This document shows positions 12,930-25,400 of a stretch of DNA of 64,000 nucleotides, piece by piece (position 1 is the stretch's first letter; the number at the start of each line of letters is the position of its first letter). Source of the DNA: Felis catus (taxonomy: Eukaryota); NCBI RefSeq assembly GCF_018350175.1, contig NC_058368.1:64358001-64422000 (forward strand), read 5' to 3'. Below the pieces are notes generated by a model. That model did not search any database. It saw only the letters and a program-made list of their open reading frames with translations, and was not told the origin of the DNA. Made by a program: the position numbers and the translations under genes.

Positions 12930-13900
12930 CTTCATGTCTTTTTCTATACCGTATGGTGTAGATGGTCCATGGCACCATCACCTGTCATGAGGGCTGCAGC
13001 AGTACTCAAGATGAATTCTTTTTAAGTTGATTTTTTTACTTTAAGAGAAAGAGAGCATGCGATCAGGGGAGGGCCAGAAAGAGAAGGAGAGAGAGAACCC
13101 CAAGCACACTCCATGCTGTCAGCATGGAGCCTGACCTGGGGCTTGATCCCATGAACCATGAGATCATGACCTGAGCTGAAATTAAGAGTTAAGTGATCGA
13201 GCCACCCAGGTGCCCCTCAGATGATCTTTAAACAAACAAACAAAAAACATGAAATTGTGTCCCTTCTCTCCTGTGACTCCATTTTAGAATTATAATTAAC
13301 TGTAAAATTATTTACCAGTGCCCATAAAGCTGTTCCTATTGAATTTCTGCACAACTTTCTAACTTTATCTGGTACTAAAATTCATTATCTTGTCTCTGCG
13401 TAGGCTACATGAACCTTTTTTCTGTTTCTACAATACATTAAGCTCATTCTTCTCTCAGAACCCTTGGATTTTCCTTTTCCTCAGACAGTAATGTTTTGTT
13501 CTGAATCCTGCCTTAGTCATGAAAGGAAGGAGTTTCAAGTCCCTGGAAATTTGAAGCAGAGACAGGAATTATTGATGTTATCGGATGTACTGGGAGGTAG
13601 TGTTTTCAGAGATCTCTTCCAGTCCACATCTTTAGGACTGTTTTGCTGACCACTTTGGTCCAAGTTTTCAAGTTTTCAAGTTGTCACTCAGTCACTCTGT
13701 CACACTACCCTTTCCCGTTGTTTTGAGTATACGTCAGTAACTGAAATTACTAGTATCTTAATTCATGTTTGTTTTTCTCCTCTGTTAGAATATTAATTGC
13801 TTAAAATGAAGGAAAATAACTAACTTGGAAAAAAAGTTTGCCTATTTCTAGAATACTGCTTGCCTATAGTAGGCACTCAAATAATTTTAGATGGGTCAAG
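12930..13900 (+). mobile_element. Fragmented L2 (interrupted by a SINE)
   Basis: GGTCCATGGCACCATCACCTGTCA at the left; TGCCTATAGTAGGCACTCAAATAA (L2 3' end) near 13860-13885. Confidence 0.5.
13019..13216 (-). mobile_element. CanSINE (older)
   Basis: Ends GAGCCACCCAGGTGCCCC; contains GAGATCATGACCTGAGCTGAA. Confidence 0.92.
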
Positions 13901-14116
13901 TGACTTTTAAGTTTCCACAGTATAACTTATAAAACGTATTGAGGAACTAGATACGTTATAATAAAGTAGCTTTCTATCATCTGTGCTTTTAAAAATATTA
14001 GATTGGGCTTTGGAAAATTGATTTTTAAAGGTATAATGAAACATAGTATTTTCTTATGTAGTTAATTTCTCTCTCCTCAATGGAATGTAAGACTGTGTGG
14101 CAAGAAATTGTAATCT

Positions 14117-14327
14117 GGGACACCTGGGTGGCTTAGTTGGTTAAGTGTCCAGCTTCAGCTCAGGTCATGATCTCACAGTTCACAAGTTCAGGCCCCATGT
14201 TGGGCTCTGTGCTGACCGTTCAGAGCCTAGAGCTTGCTTTGGATTCTGTGTGTCCCTCTCTCTCTCTGCCCCTTCCCTGCTTGGGATCTCTTTCTCACTC
14301 TTAAAAATAAATAAAAATTTTAAAAAT
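14117..14327 (+). mobile_element. CanSINE
   Basis: GGGACACCTGGGTGGCTTAGTTGGTTAAG head, CT tract, AATAAA tail; TSD AATTGTAATCT at 14106-14116 and 14328-14338. Confidence 0.95.
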
Positions 14328-15069
14328 AATTGTAATCTATGTTGGTTAGTGATAAGTCTAGGGGATCTAGGACAATGTCACATGGGAGTTGAGCAATTAT
14401 TTATGGATGAAGAAAATATTCTGTGACTATCCATACCTATGAATGTTGATTTATGTACAAAACCAAAATTGGAAGAAAACACCAAATTTTACTTTTTAAC
14501 ACATCTAAACACATGCTCTATCCTCTATTCTTATCTTCTCCTCCTCTTGTGTGAAGTATCTTTGCCTCCTTGATGTAATCTCTGACAGCTTGGTACAGCT
14601 TTCTGGTGAACATACAATTCTGCAATAAGAATGGAGCATTCCACTCCCAAATGGCTCAGTTTTGATGTCTGTAATTGCTTTCAAAAAAAAAAAAAAGCCA
14701 CGTTTGACTTAATGGCCAGGTAGTGTCTGGGCAGAAGATGCCATGTCTGCTTCACACCTACTTTTCGACAATATTTGCATTTAGATTTCCTCAATGGCAT
14801 ACTTTCTTCTCCTTTGGAATAGCCAATGGCTGTAGGAGCCGGGTCTTACCAGTGACAAGAACCAACTATGCAGCCTTTTGCCCAAGTCTGCATTCAGTGA
14901 CCTCATGTAGGAAATTAGTCATGGTGGGAATAGTGAAACTATGACATCTCCAAATGTGACTGATCTAAGTTCATTTGGTCTTACTTGCTCACAACTGTAC
15001 ATACCTGAGTAGGGCTGTTACTTCATGATAGTTGCCTTTACTCCCAGTTCCTCCGGACCATTCTCAGGA

Positions 15070-15260
15070 TGCAGCATGGGACATGGAAAAGATTGTAGAT
15101 CTCAGAATCTTATCCCACTGATTTCCTCTCTAATGAGCACTGGGTCAAGGTAGCTTCCCTGGACCTCATTTGTTAAAAGCAATTTTGCAAAGGGACTAGA
15201 AGAAAGTAAGATGTGTAATATCCAAGTACAGTGCCTGGCACATTGAAGATCCTGAAAGAC
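15070..15260 (+). mobile_element. MIR remnant
   Basis: GGAAAAG...TCTCAGAA, GGACCTCATTTGTTAAAA, ACAGTGCCTGGCACAT. Confidence 0.5.
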
Positions 15261-16309
15261 AATATCTATTTCCTTTTAAACGGTGTGGTACCAGGAGAGG
15301 TAGAATAAAGCCAGACTTACATAAAATTTCTCTAGTAAGAGTTTAGCAAACCATGCTTAACTACAGCCTGTTAAATGACCATTTATTGCCCCAATTAGGT
15401 GTATTTATTCTGGCTCATTTTTCAATCATGTGTGATCCAAAGGAAGCTGGTCCCCATCTATAGGACAATGTTATTCAATAATGCAGAGCAAGGGTAAATG
15501 TAGTTAGAAGCAAAGAGAACATCAAACACTCTAATGTAATGATCTCAAACTGAGTTTATACAGTCAAAAGGTAAAATAATCTCCCCAATGTGGTTATATC
15601 CTTTAATGTTATGTCTTATCTGAAGAGATAAATTATCTGAGAAAGGATAGAATTGAAGTAACTTAGAACATTAAGCAACCATTGATTTGAGGTAGCACTC
15701 AAGTCTAGAAAAGCATTAATGATATGGCTGGACTCTCTGATGATAAGGTTTATAAATTTTTTGAAGAATAGAAAGGGGATAAGAAGACCTGTGCTTTTGA
15801 AGATTACACTGTAATTTGTAAGGAGAGGAAGGTTGATCTTTGAATAAGGTACAAATATTTCTGGTTAACCGAGAATAATCAAGATGTTGTAATAAATGCA
15901 AATACATGTGAGAAAGAAGCTCCCTGTGCGGTTGTAATAAGAGTTTTATTATATTTCTAACCAAGTATTTTGCAGCACTAATATAAAACTACATAAAACC
16001 TTTAGTCTTGTTTTTCCTGCTTTTTTTACTTAAAATACTTTTGAGACTGTAAAATGATGGGTCCATTCTAGGTATTAGAATGTAATGAAGAAAAAATACA
16101 CACGGTCATATACTTGCATATACAGACTTATAAAAACATATGTGTATACATCTCTATAGTTTCTTACAGGAAAACTACCATTGTATAAAAAGTTTTTCTG
16201 GATTATATTTTCGCTACTAGAGGTTACCATAAAGTTAAATGATCTACCTGAGATTTTATTAAACGATGGAAAGTAGAGAATTTGGTAATGTACAGTTAAT
16301 AGCAATCAA

Positions 16310-16930
16310 AAAATTTTAAACATTTATTTAATACACTACTGAGTTGATACTAAAAAAATACAAATGTCATTTACAATTAAGCTTCAGTGACCTCAAGTAC
16401 TGCAAACAGGAATAAGATGCATTCCTTTAGCTAAAGGGTCTAAAATAGATGATGGATATCATACAAAATACTTATGTAAAAGCTAAAATAGAAGTGCGAT
16501 ATGATAAGAATGGAAGAATGTGACAGTGCTGTGGAAGTTTAGAGAGCAAAATGATTGTCAACTGGCAGAGGAAACTTACAGTGGAATTTTCCTTGGACCT
16601 TAATTTGGAGAGTATTTTATCAGTTTCTAAGAAAGGGTGAATTTTTCCAGGATAGGAGAAGACGTAGGCAAGGCATCGAAGTAGGGAAGATCAGGTCCAA
16701 TCATGTTCATTTATTTGGACTGAAACTCAGGAAGTAATGAGAGGGATAGTGGGAGACCAATCTCAAGGGGTTATTAAAGCCTAGAAAATTGTGAACTATG
16801 AAAATTATAAGGGTCGGTGAAAAGTCACTGAAGGATTTAGAACTTCTACATAACATGAAAGCTCTAAGAACAGTTATGCTACTGCTGATAGACTGGAGTA
16901 AGTGAGGATGTTAGAAATCTATTTAGGGCT
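16310..16930 (-). mobile_element. L2 remnant
   Basis: AAACATTTATTTAATACACTACT, AAGTGCGATATGAT, TTTTTCCAGGATAGGAG, AAGTCACTGAAGGATTTAG resemble antisense L2. Confidence 0.5.
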
Positions 16931-17255
16931 CTATTTAAATAGTGAACACCTCAAAATAATGGTACACAAAAAATAGAGAGATAGAATGGAAATCAGTAGC
17001 TAGTAATGTAGGGAAGAAAAGTCACCTGTGTTCAATGGATTCCAAATGCCTCAAGCAAAGATAGCATTCTGGATGACCACATGCATGATGTTGCAAAGGA
17101 GTATCATGTAGAATAGAAGCAATGATGCATAAATTGAGAGTAAATGAAAGGATGTACATGAAATGGACTTGTTAATAATGCTTTAAGAAAATGAAGATTA
17201 TTATTGGTTTTATTATGAAATTTCATGGTAATATGCCTAGAAAAATGGTAATATT

Positions 17256-17410
17256 TTATTTATGACTTACTTTGAGAGAGAATCCTAAACAGCCTCCACA
17301 CTGTCAGCCTGGAGTCCAACACAGGGCTCAAACTCACAATCAGTGAGATTATGACCTGAGCCTAAATCAAGGGGTCAGCTGTTTAACTGAATGGGCCACC
17401 CAGGTGCCCC
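17256..17410 (-). mobile_element. Short CanSINE lacking most of the CT tract
   Basis: Ends GGGCCACCCAGGTGCCCC; perfect 18-bp TSD TAGAAAAATGGTAATATT at 17238-17255 and 17411-17428. Confidence 0.92.
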
Positions 17411-17496
17411 TAGAAAAATGGTAATATTAACAGAATTTTGGAAACCAAATAGTTTTGGGGGGATGAAAGATCTTAGTTTTAGAAAGCTAAAGCTAT

Positions 17497-17966
17497 TGTG
17501 TCAGGGTCCTAACAGGAAAAAATTAGGATGGTTCAAGGAGGACTTGCTTACAAAACAATTAATTATAAGGCCATTAATAGGATGTAAAGGAACTACAAAA
17601 GATACTATAGGAACCCCAAATGAGTAGTAGCCCAGTGGATTCCACCCCTGAGCATGAATGGATGAGGAGAGAAAGAGATGAAAGAGGAGACTTCTGCATA
17701 GTTAAGTGGCCTTGAAAATAGTCAAGGGCCAAAACCAGATGAAGGCAACATCACAAGGGAGTTGAACCAGGGCTGAGCATGGGGGTCATGGAAACTAGAT
17801 AACACTCTTCTTCGTTCTTTGGGTTCACTGGGATTCCTTGTTGGCAGAACTAATTGGAAGCCAAAGAGCATGAGCACCAATTAAGGTATCCATACATGTC
17901 AGCCTCCTGGGACAGAGAACAGGATGGAGAATGCATCTGGACAGATGCCAATAGGAAGACTTCACA
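17497..17966 (-). mobile_element. ERVL solo LTR (LTR33-like)
   Basis: TGTGTCAGGGTCCTAACAGGAAA at one end, TTGGCAGAACTAATTGGAAGCCAAAGAGCA...TCAGCCTCCTGGGACAGAGAACAGG near the other, TG...CA termini. Confidence 0.6.
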
Positions 17967-20702
17967 GGTGGGTGGAAATGAGTCTTCAGTCAGAATTTAA
18001 GAATTTGTGTGTTGGTAGCACCAACAACTGAATGAGATTGTATTGCCTAGTTAATATGTCAGGCGTGCTCAAAAAATAATGAAAGCTTTTTTGAAGAACC
18101 TTTGGGTAATGACAGGTGTTTTGCATTTCATGAAGTTTATAGAGATTCATATTAAAGTAACTTTGGAGCTAGCTCCTCACTCTTACTCATTTCACTAGAA
18201 AATGGAACAATTTGTGCTGGATAAAATGGGAAAAAACTGACATATATATTACAACCTGGCATACCTCTTGAGGAAAAGAACATATTGGCAAAACAGCTGT
18301 GAGCAAACAAAGTTCTATACTTAATTAGGACGGAGCATCAAAGACCTAACCATACTTTCTGTCTGAACATCAAACAATAAAGTTGTGATCCGTCTTCATT
18401 TAGAAGCCATGGTTGTTTGAATCGGTGAACTTTCATGGAAGGATGTCTAATCTAAAGACATAGAAATTCCTTTAGGTTCTAGATGGGAATCTGTGCATCT
18501 AGGCACATGAGCTTGATAAATATAATGAATGTTATTTTAATGTCTTATACTATTCAATATTAAAAAAATAGAAACTTAAACTTTTAATAAGCATATGTGA
18601 ACTTAAAATATCGTAATATCCAGGCTCTTGTCTTAAGGAACAAAAACAGTTGCTTGGGCAAATGTTTTCTTTATGCAATCACTAGTAGTCTGGATTTCTC
18701 TGTTAGATCTCTTAGTAGATTTTGGAATATTAGCATAGGGATAAATTTCCGCAGTAACACAGCTGAGCCTCTTGGCATCCAGGCACTTGGAGCTCACAGA
18801 GTATTTGGTTTCTTTCAGTATTATCATTCTTTGCCTTATCCGTTTATTACTTTGTTTATGTTGTCTGTAACTCTGTTCCAAGAATTTTCATAGTCTTGTT
18901 AACCTCAAAGTATGGGTACGGGTTTAGAAAGAAGGGAAGAATTGGATATAATTTTCTTTGCATGTTCTTATCAGGTCACTTTAAAATCATTTAGGAGGAG
19001 AATCACTAGGACTTAATATTCGAATCAATAATTTTCTTAGGTAAGTCACATAGCATTGGTGAAATGAAAGCATAGTTTATTTTTTCTAAGGTACCATAAT
19101 TTCCCTACCAATAATTCTCTATGTATTTGTAGAAAAGGCTTAACTTATTGGCAGAACCTGTTGATTTGTAATATAGATCTAGATCTGTTTTTCTAGTATT
19201 ATTCCTGGTATCTGGTGGTTACCCAGAGATGGTGTGTTCTATTGAATGGTATATGTCCATATATGTGTGACTATGTAGTTGATTATATGTATCACATTAT
19301 CTCAAGCATTCATAAACTCTCTGCAGAATTGGCATACAGAAAGGAGGAAAATGAAAATCGAGTGAAATTACATAGCCAAATCCCACAATGGTTTACATAT
19401 TTTTAAATCCAGAGTATTGTCAGAGGTTATCTAGAGTTAGCAATATTTGAGAGTGAGTCTGTAGTCCTGGCTATAGGTATGGGTGAAAGGCAATTCCACC
19501 ATCTATGGTATAGCATTTACTTTATATTTTTCCATCTGCCATTGTTTTACTGTGTATTTTCAGTGTAACATGTTTTAATTGTCGTACATTGACAAAAAGT
19601 TGCACTGCTAAAACACCTCCCTGATTATGAATTCCTGAGAATTAAAGTAGTCCTTTAATTGATAGTTCCTGGGGTAAAATTATTTATATCTTATTTTCTA
19701 TAAAAAGATATACCCCTGCATTTTTACCCTCATCATTTTGAAAATGTAGGATTAAATTTGACTTATCCAACCTTTTTTTTTTGTATTACTAACTTTTTAT
19801 GTAAAAATCATCTTAGAAAGAAAATAGCTGCTGACTATCCTTAAAAAAGTAAAAACACATAGCAGTAAATAGATTTGCTCAGGTGGGATCAGATATTTAA
19901 CTAGGTAAGTACTTGGAAAGATTCAATACAAAACCAAAAAGAATTATTTTAAGTGAAAAATCTGCAAGGCTTATCAGGTAATAGTTTTAAATTTTGACTA
20001 AATTAAAATTTGATTTTATATCCAAGCAAAGTACATTCCTCAAATGCTGTGAATACACGCCACTATTTGTGGGGAAAAGATGGGAGCTGCCTAAAGTTTT
20101 CATATTTATGCAATTTGAAGCTATTGGGCTGCTCATAGAATCAGAATATGTATGATTACCCTAATTTATGTTACTTATGATATGAAAAAAATGAGAGATT
20201 TTGAATATTTTCACCTATCACCTCTAAATTTAAGCATCAAAAATCTTATGAAGTTTCATGTACATGATTTGAGATAAATACCAGTACCCAGTGTATAGTC
20301 ATATACTTTTAACCTTTAAGCTGGTAGGGAAAACTTCTAATACAAGGATGTTTTTGATGGGTTATTTTAATTGTGGAGTGTATGAGCTAAGTGAATTTGC
20401 CTTTTAATAATAATTATCCAGGAATAAGTTTTTTTTTTAAGGTATAATAAAAGGCTATCAGTTTGAGGGTTTTTTTTTTTATGACACCAATTTATTATGA
20501 TTTCCTTGCTAAGCTATAAATTGCTTATCAAATCTGAATGAAAATATAGAAGGAATTACAGATCTAGAAGAAAAAATAATGGTGAACAAGTTAATTTCTG
20601 ATACCTAAATGCCTGAGCTTTTTGTAACTTTTAGTTAGAAGATAAGATTGCATTCATTTACAGGGAAATTCTAATGCAAATCCATTAAAAAACAGGGCTA
20701 TA

Positions 20703-20941
20703 GGGGCGCCTGGGTGGCGCAGTCAGTTAAGCGTCCCACTTCAGCCAGGTCACGATCTCTCCGTCTGGGAGTTCGAGCCCCGCGTCAGGCTCTGGGCTGA
20801 TGGCTCAGAGCCTGGAGCCTGTTTCCGATTCTGTGTCTCCCTCTCTCTCTGCCCCTCCCCCGTTCATGCTCTGTCTCTCTCTGTCCCAAAAATAAATAAA
20901 CGTTGAAAAAAAAAAAATTAAAAAAAAAAAAAAACAAAAAA
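20703..20941 (+). mobile_element. CanSINE, young SINEC_Fc-type
   Basis: GGGGCGCCTGGGTGGCGCAGTCAGTTAAGCG...TTCAGCCAGGTCACG, B box GAGTTCGAGCC, long A tail; perfect TSD AAAAAACAGGGCTATA at 20687-20702 and 20942-20957. Confidence 0.98.
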
Positions 20942-22123
20942 AAAAAACAGGGCTATAATCCTTAATGGTGCCAAAACATGCTAATTCTAGTGTTGCTTAA
21001 ATCAAAGCTATCAGGCATTTTCTAACCTGTGCGGAAATGCATCCTAAAACTTGGCCCAAGATCCAATTCTTCTGTGGGCTTTTGAATATCACAACACAAT
21101 AATTGGTATAATCACCATTATTTGGGGTAGACTTTGGATGCTTTATCAGCATCGATGCATTCCAATGGTGAAACTTGTGAAAGTATGTATAAATGTTTTG
21201 TGATCAATACATAAAATATCCATCAAAAAATTTTTTTCAGTTTTATCTGGCATGAAGTTAAAACATTTGGTGTTTTTTAAATAATGTCCAAATATATTGG
21301 ATTGGGAAACAAAAAGAATTAATATTTCAGATTAGATCTTAAACCTTGTTAATGATTATTGGTAAACTCTAAAATTTCATATTAAACATACATACATAGA
21401 CACACACAAATCAGTTCTGTGGCTTCCTGGTCATTAAGACTCTATTTTTGCCCATTAAATTGGTAAAGATTTCAAGAACCTTGAGAGGGAGAATGAGGTT
21501 TGCATTTTCTTACACCGCTCATGATGGGATAACTTAATCCTGTTTAAGATTATTTTGGTATTATGTGCCTAGCATTTGCATTTACAGAATACACCTTGGA
21601 TATACAGAAGACTTGATATTTCTTTCTAAATCTGAATTCAATTTGTTTTCTATCTCTCATTTCTGCTCTTGGTAGGAACCATTTGTAATTGTCACTTCAA
21701 GCTCCCTTATTTACTTCAGCTTTACAAGTTACTTTCTTTGGAGTAAACACTTAATCATGGAGTTTTTTTCCCCACCCTTCCCCTTTGCATTCTTAGGTCT
21801 GTCTGTGTGGCCTCCAAAGACAAGTAGAAATTTCAAGGAATATTTTGAACAGGCAGGATGCAGGGGATATAATAAAAGAGGGTAATTTTGTATTTCCACT
21901 GTCCTTTTGTGGAAGAAGTTTTCCCCATACCCCTGGCTTGAAAACTCCAGTAGTCCTATTTTCTACTCATTCTTGGATAATAAAACTCTTTCAGTGGAGT
22001 TGATTGGAAAGCAGACCCAATTCAGTACTGAGAACAGTCCACCCCATCTTTCCCTTCCTACCTTGCCTTAGTCTTTGATTCGGTTTTCTCATCTTACTAA
22101 TCACCAGTATCTGATAAAAGATT

Positions 22124-22227
22124 GAAGAGAGAGGGAGAAGGGGAGGGAGAGGGAGGGGAGGGGGGGAGAAGGGGGGACAGGGAGAGGAGAGAGGGGGGCA
22201 AAAGAGGGAGGGAGGGAGAGGGAGAGA
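22124..22227. repeat. ~100-bp polypurine (GA/GGA-rich) tract
   Basis: Nearly pure A/G on the + strand with many G3-G7 runs. Confidence 0.95.
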
Positions 22228-22246
22228 TGTAGGGGATTGTTCTTAC

Positions 22247-22430
22247 CTGACTTATTCTAAAATGACTGGGCCTGGCAGGTACTTAGAGCTTGAGTTTTTT
22301 TTCCTCTCAAGAGGAATCTGTGCTCTCATCAGATTTTATTGGTTTTGGAGGCTTGGGCAAAGCATTTCTCACTGGCTTGGTGATTCACTGCGTGTGCATC
22401 TCTACAGGTCAGAAATGCACCTGTAGCTTC
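22247..22430 (-). promoter_or_regulatory. Candidate promoter / non-coding first exon of an unidentified gene
   Basis: Consensus donor CAG|GTAAGA on the minus strand (last exon base 22247), upstream CCAATAAAA motif, E-box-containing inverted repeat, repeat-free sequence with raised GC; upstream boundary is a guess. Confidence 0.3.
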
Positions 22431-25400
22431 CAGTTTCTTAGGTTCTGTCACCTTTCTCAGTGGCCCATCTGGGAAGGCTCCTAGGGAATCCTCATCTGGC
22501 TCTTTCGCATATGGGACCCACATCTTTTGAGTGGGAGGTAATCAAGTATTCTTGACTCAACAAACTGGAAAACAGGTCAAGCCCAGCCGAACAACAACTC
22601 CCCTCTGGGATGTAGCCAGACCGACTAAACTGCTCTTCTTCCTCTAGCTTTCTATACATGAGTCAGTCTGCTCTAAGCACTGGGATTCATGTCAAGTGTT
22701 TTGCATTATCCTGCTGCAGTCTGTCTAACTGAACACTGGAGTTAAGAGATGGGATCTCGGCCACTCCTCTACCTTTGGGGGCAAGGAGAGTGCTAAAAAC
22801 ATACCAGCTCTCTGCAGAAACTCTACTCAGAGACTCTCAAATCTCTAACAATCAATGTAGAAGAGTTTCCTAAATACTTGTAAGTCCCTTCTTGGAAACT
22901 GTGCAGTGTGGCTTCACTAACTCTTTAGAATGCTGCAGCTATCATTCTCATTCCTCAGTTGAAAGCAAGGGCAGAAGGATCCTATTTGAACACCCTGTAA
23001 CCATCACGTACTGTTATGGCAGAACTGTGTTCTTTCATCTGTTCTGTGTGCTGTTCTTAAGTCCCCAGCAGGCCCTGCTCATCTCAGAAAGTTGACGCTT
23101 AGGTCTGTGTTCCCTGCCTTCCATGTTCTGTCTTTTCCTTCCACCATACTCTGAACCAAGGCCTCTGTTACTTCACATTCTTCTTGCCAGCTCTATGACT
23201 CTCTGCTGAGTTCTTAAAAATTTCAAAACTCTGCACACTAGCCACAGGAAATCAGTGGGATGGGGTTGGCCACTGTAGTAAACCATGATTTTGTATCTTT
23301 TGTTTTTTTCCTCTTTTCATGTGCACATAGCATTCTATGTATAGAATATCTATTGTATAACATCCATCTTTGTTTGTATTTCATTACTTGATTTAATTAA
23401 CATGGGAATTCAAATCCAGCTCTCTTGGGATTAGATGTTCTCTGTTTAAAGACATTTATATTTTGGGGGGTTAAAAGCTGAATGTTTAATCTCAGATTCC
23501 AGCTGTTAGAGTAGTTTAAATAACAGGAACTACTGGGAACTATGTGTCATAACTTGTCCAAAACTTTTATCTGTGTTCTTACATAATAACATTTTTGTAC
23601 CAAAAATACCATCAGAATGTTACATCAACATTATAGGCACCTTCGTATTTAAAATTTTAAAGTCACTAAACAAATTTGTTAAAACATTGGCAAATAGATA
23701 ATGCATACTGGTTATCTCCTTGTCAAAGAATTGGTTTATTTTTCCTGTTTAGTCTTATTTTCTAGTGTTATTAACATAACCTTATGAGATATGAAAATCA
23801 AAAATGACAGAATCACAATTTTCCTATCACTGTCTTACATAGTACATAGGTCATTGAAAGCTTAACAATTGGCCTTAGAGGTCAGACATGGCAAAAAGGA
23901 TTTTTCTACACTGTATTAAGGAGTTTAGTGTTATATAGTAATTATTGTCATTGGTTAGTCATTAGTAGAGCAAATGGAACATTCTCTAACAAGAATATAT
24001 TTTTCCCCTAAATGCGACAAAATCTCTGCAGAGTGTACATTACTCATCTAAATGGGAAGGATGTAGAATTGATGATTCCTGCCAGCTTTAAAGAGTTGAT
24101 TAAGAGAGATAATGTTTTATTACCACTAATTATACCAGTGAGCAGAATGATGTACAGGTCAATAGAAAAACTTCACTACTTTCATATTAAAAAGACATTA
24201 ACTCATGACACATGAAACATTTGATAATAAAGTGCCTTATGTAAATACTGAAAAAAGCCTCATTTGTTAAGTTTTAATAAAACCTTGGACAATGGAAGGG
24301 AGCTCACATTTAAATTTTACCCCTTTGTAGGACTTTATTCCCCCAAATTAATGAAAAATGATTCATCAGATAAAGCAGTAAATTCCCCAGTGTTCCTCAG
24401 AAAAGTTATCATATGTTCCTTTGAAAAATAGAACTTGGCTATTCATTTGATTTAGCAAGTAAAATAACATTATTTGAACATAAAACTGAGTCCTCTGGCT
24501 TCTAATTGGAGAATATTAATGCCTAATATTTTTATGCATTAAACCACTATGCAAAAGGAAGCTTTGGAAGTTCAAACACCCATATTTATGTAAGACTAAA
24601 ATGATTTTTAGAAAGGAAAACCCCAAACTGTTGAAATACAGCATTTTTTCAGCACAGAAATTGTTCAAATATTGGCTTCTTTCTGAAGCTATTTAATGGG
24701 TTATTTTCTAACAAATTTCTGTAAACAGAAAAGGATACCTTAATGCAGTTTAATGAAAGTATAAAATGGCCAGTTTTAAATACCTGGAAAGTGTGAAAAA
24801 AGGATGGAAGAAGAAGAATTTTCAATGTAAGAATTGATGTATCATTAATGAAATGATTGTTGGTAAGGAAACCATAGGGTAACCTCCAGGTTTTTGAGAT
24901 ATGATTTCAATACTTTACAATATTTTTTATATATCTACTTTTAATCAAAATAGAAAACTTAATTAAAAATAGAAAACATTCATAGGTAAAGGAAGATCAA
25001 GGGGGTGGGGCAAATCAAAGATCCTTTTTCTTACCACTTTTGTAGACCATAGTAATATTAATATTACTGATTCAGATGGGGAATTTGGAAGGAAAATTAT
25101 AATGGTTACATGGAAAATTTCCCTAAACTGTTCAATGCAATGTTGAAAACTACTTTAAAAATGGAAAACTGCATGCAATCAAATACTTAAGATGCTTATA
25201 CCATTTTATTAAAATTGCACATAATCAAATACTTAATAAAACATAAGATGAACTGGTATATGCATCTTAAGTACAATTATGTATGTGTGTGCAAATGTGC
25301 ACTGTCAGGTGACCTTTATTGTACAATACATACAAGAAACATAAAAAGGAGAAAGGAAAGAAACATGCTTGGCCTCTTTGAGGCAAAGAGAAGTAAACTT

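Noticed and set aside
15716..15964. Coding-looking stretch (MAGLSDDKVYKFFEE... on the + strand)
   Set aside because: Interrupted by stops, with no splice signals or recognisable family.
19895..19910. Second AG|GTAAGT motif
   Set aside because: No polypyrimidine tract upstream, so it is not a credible recursive site; no clear matching acceptor for an ordinary exon.
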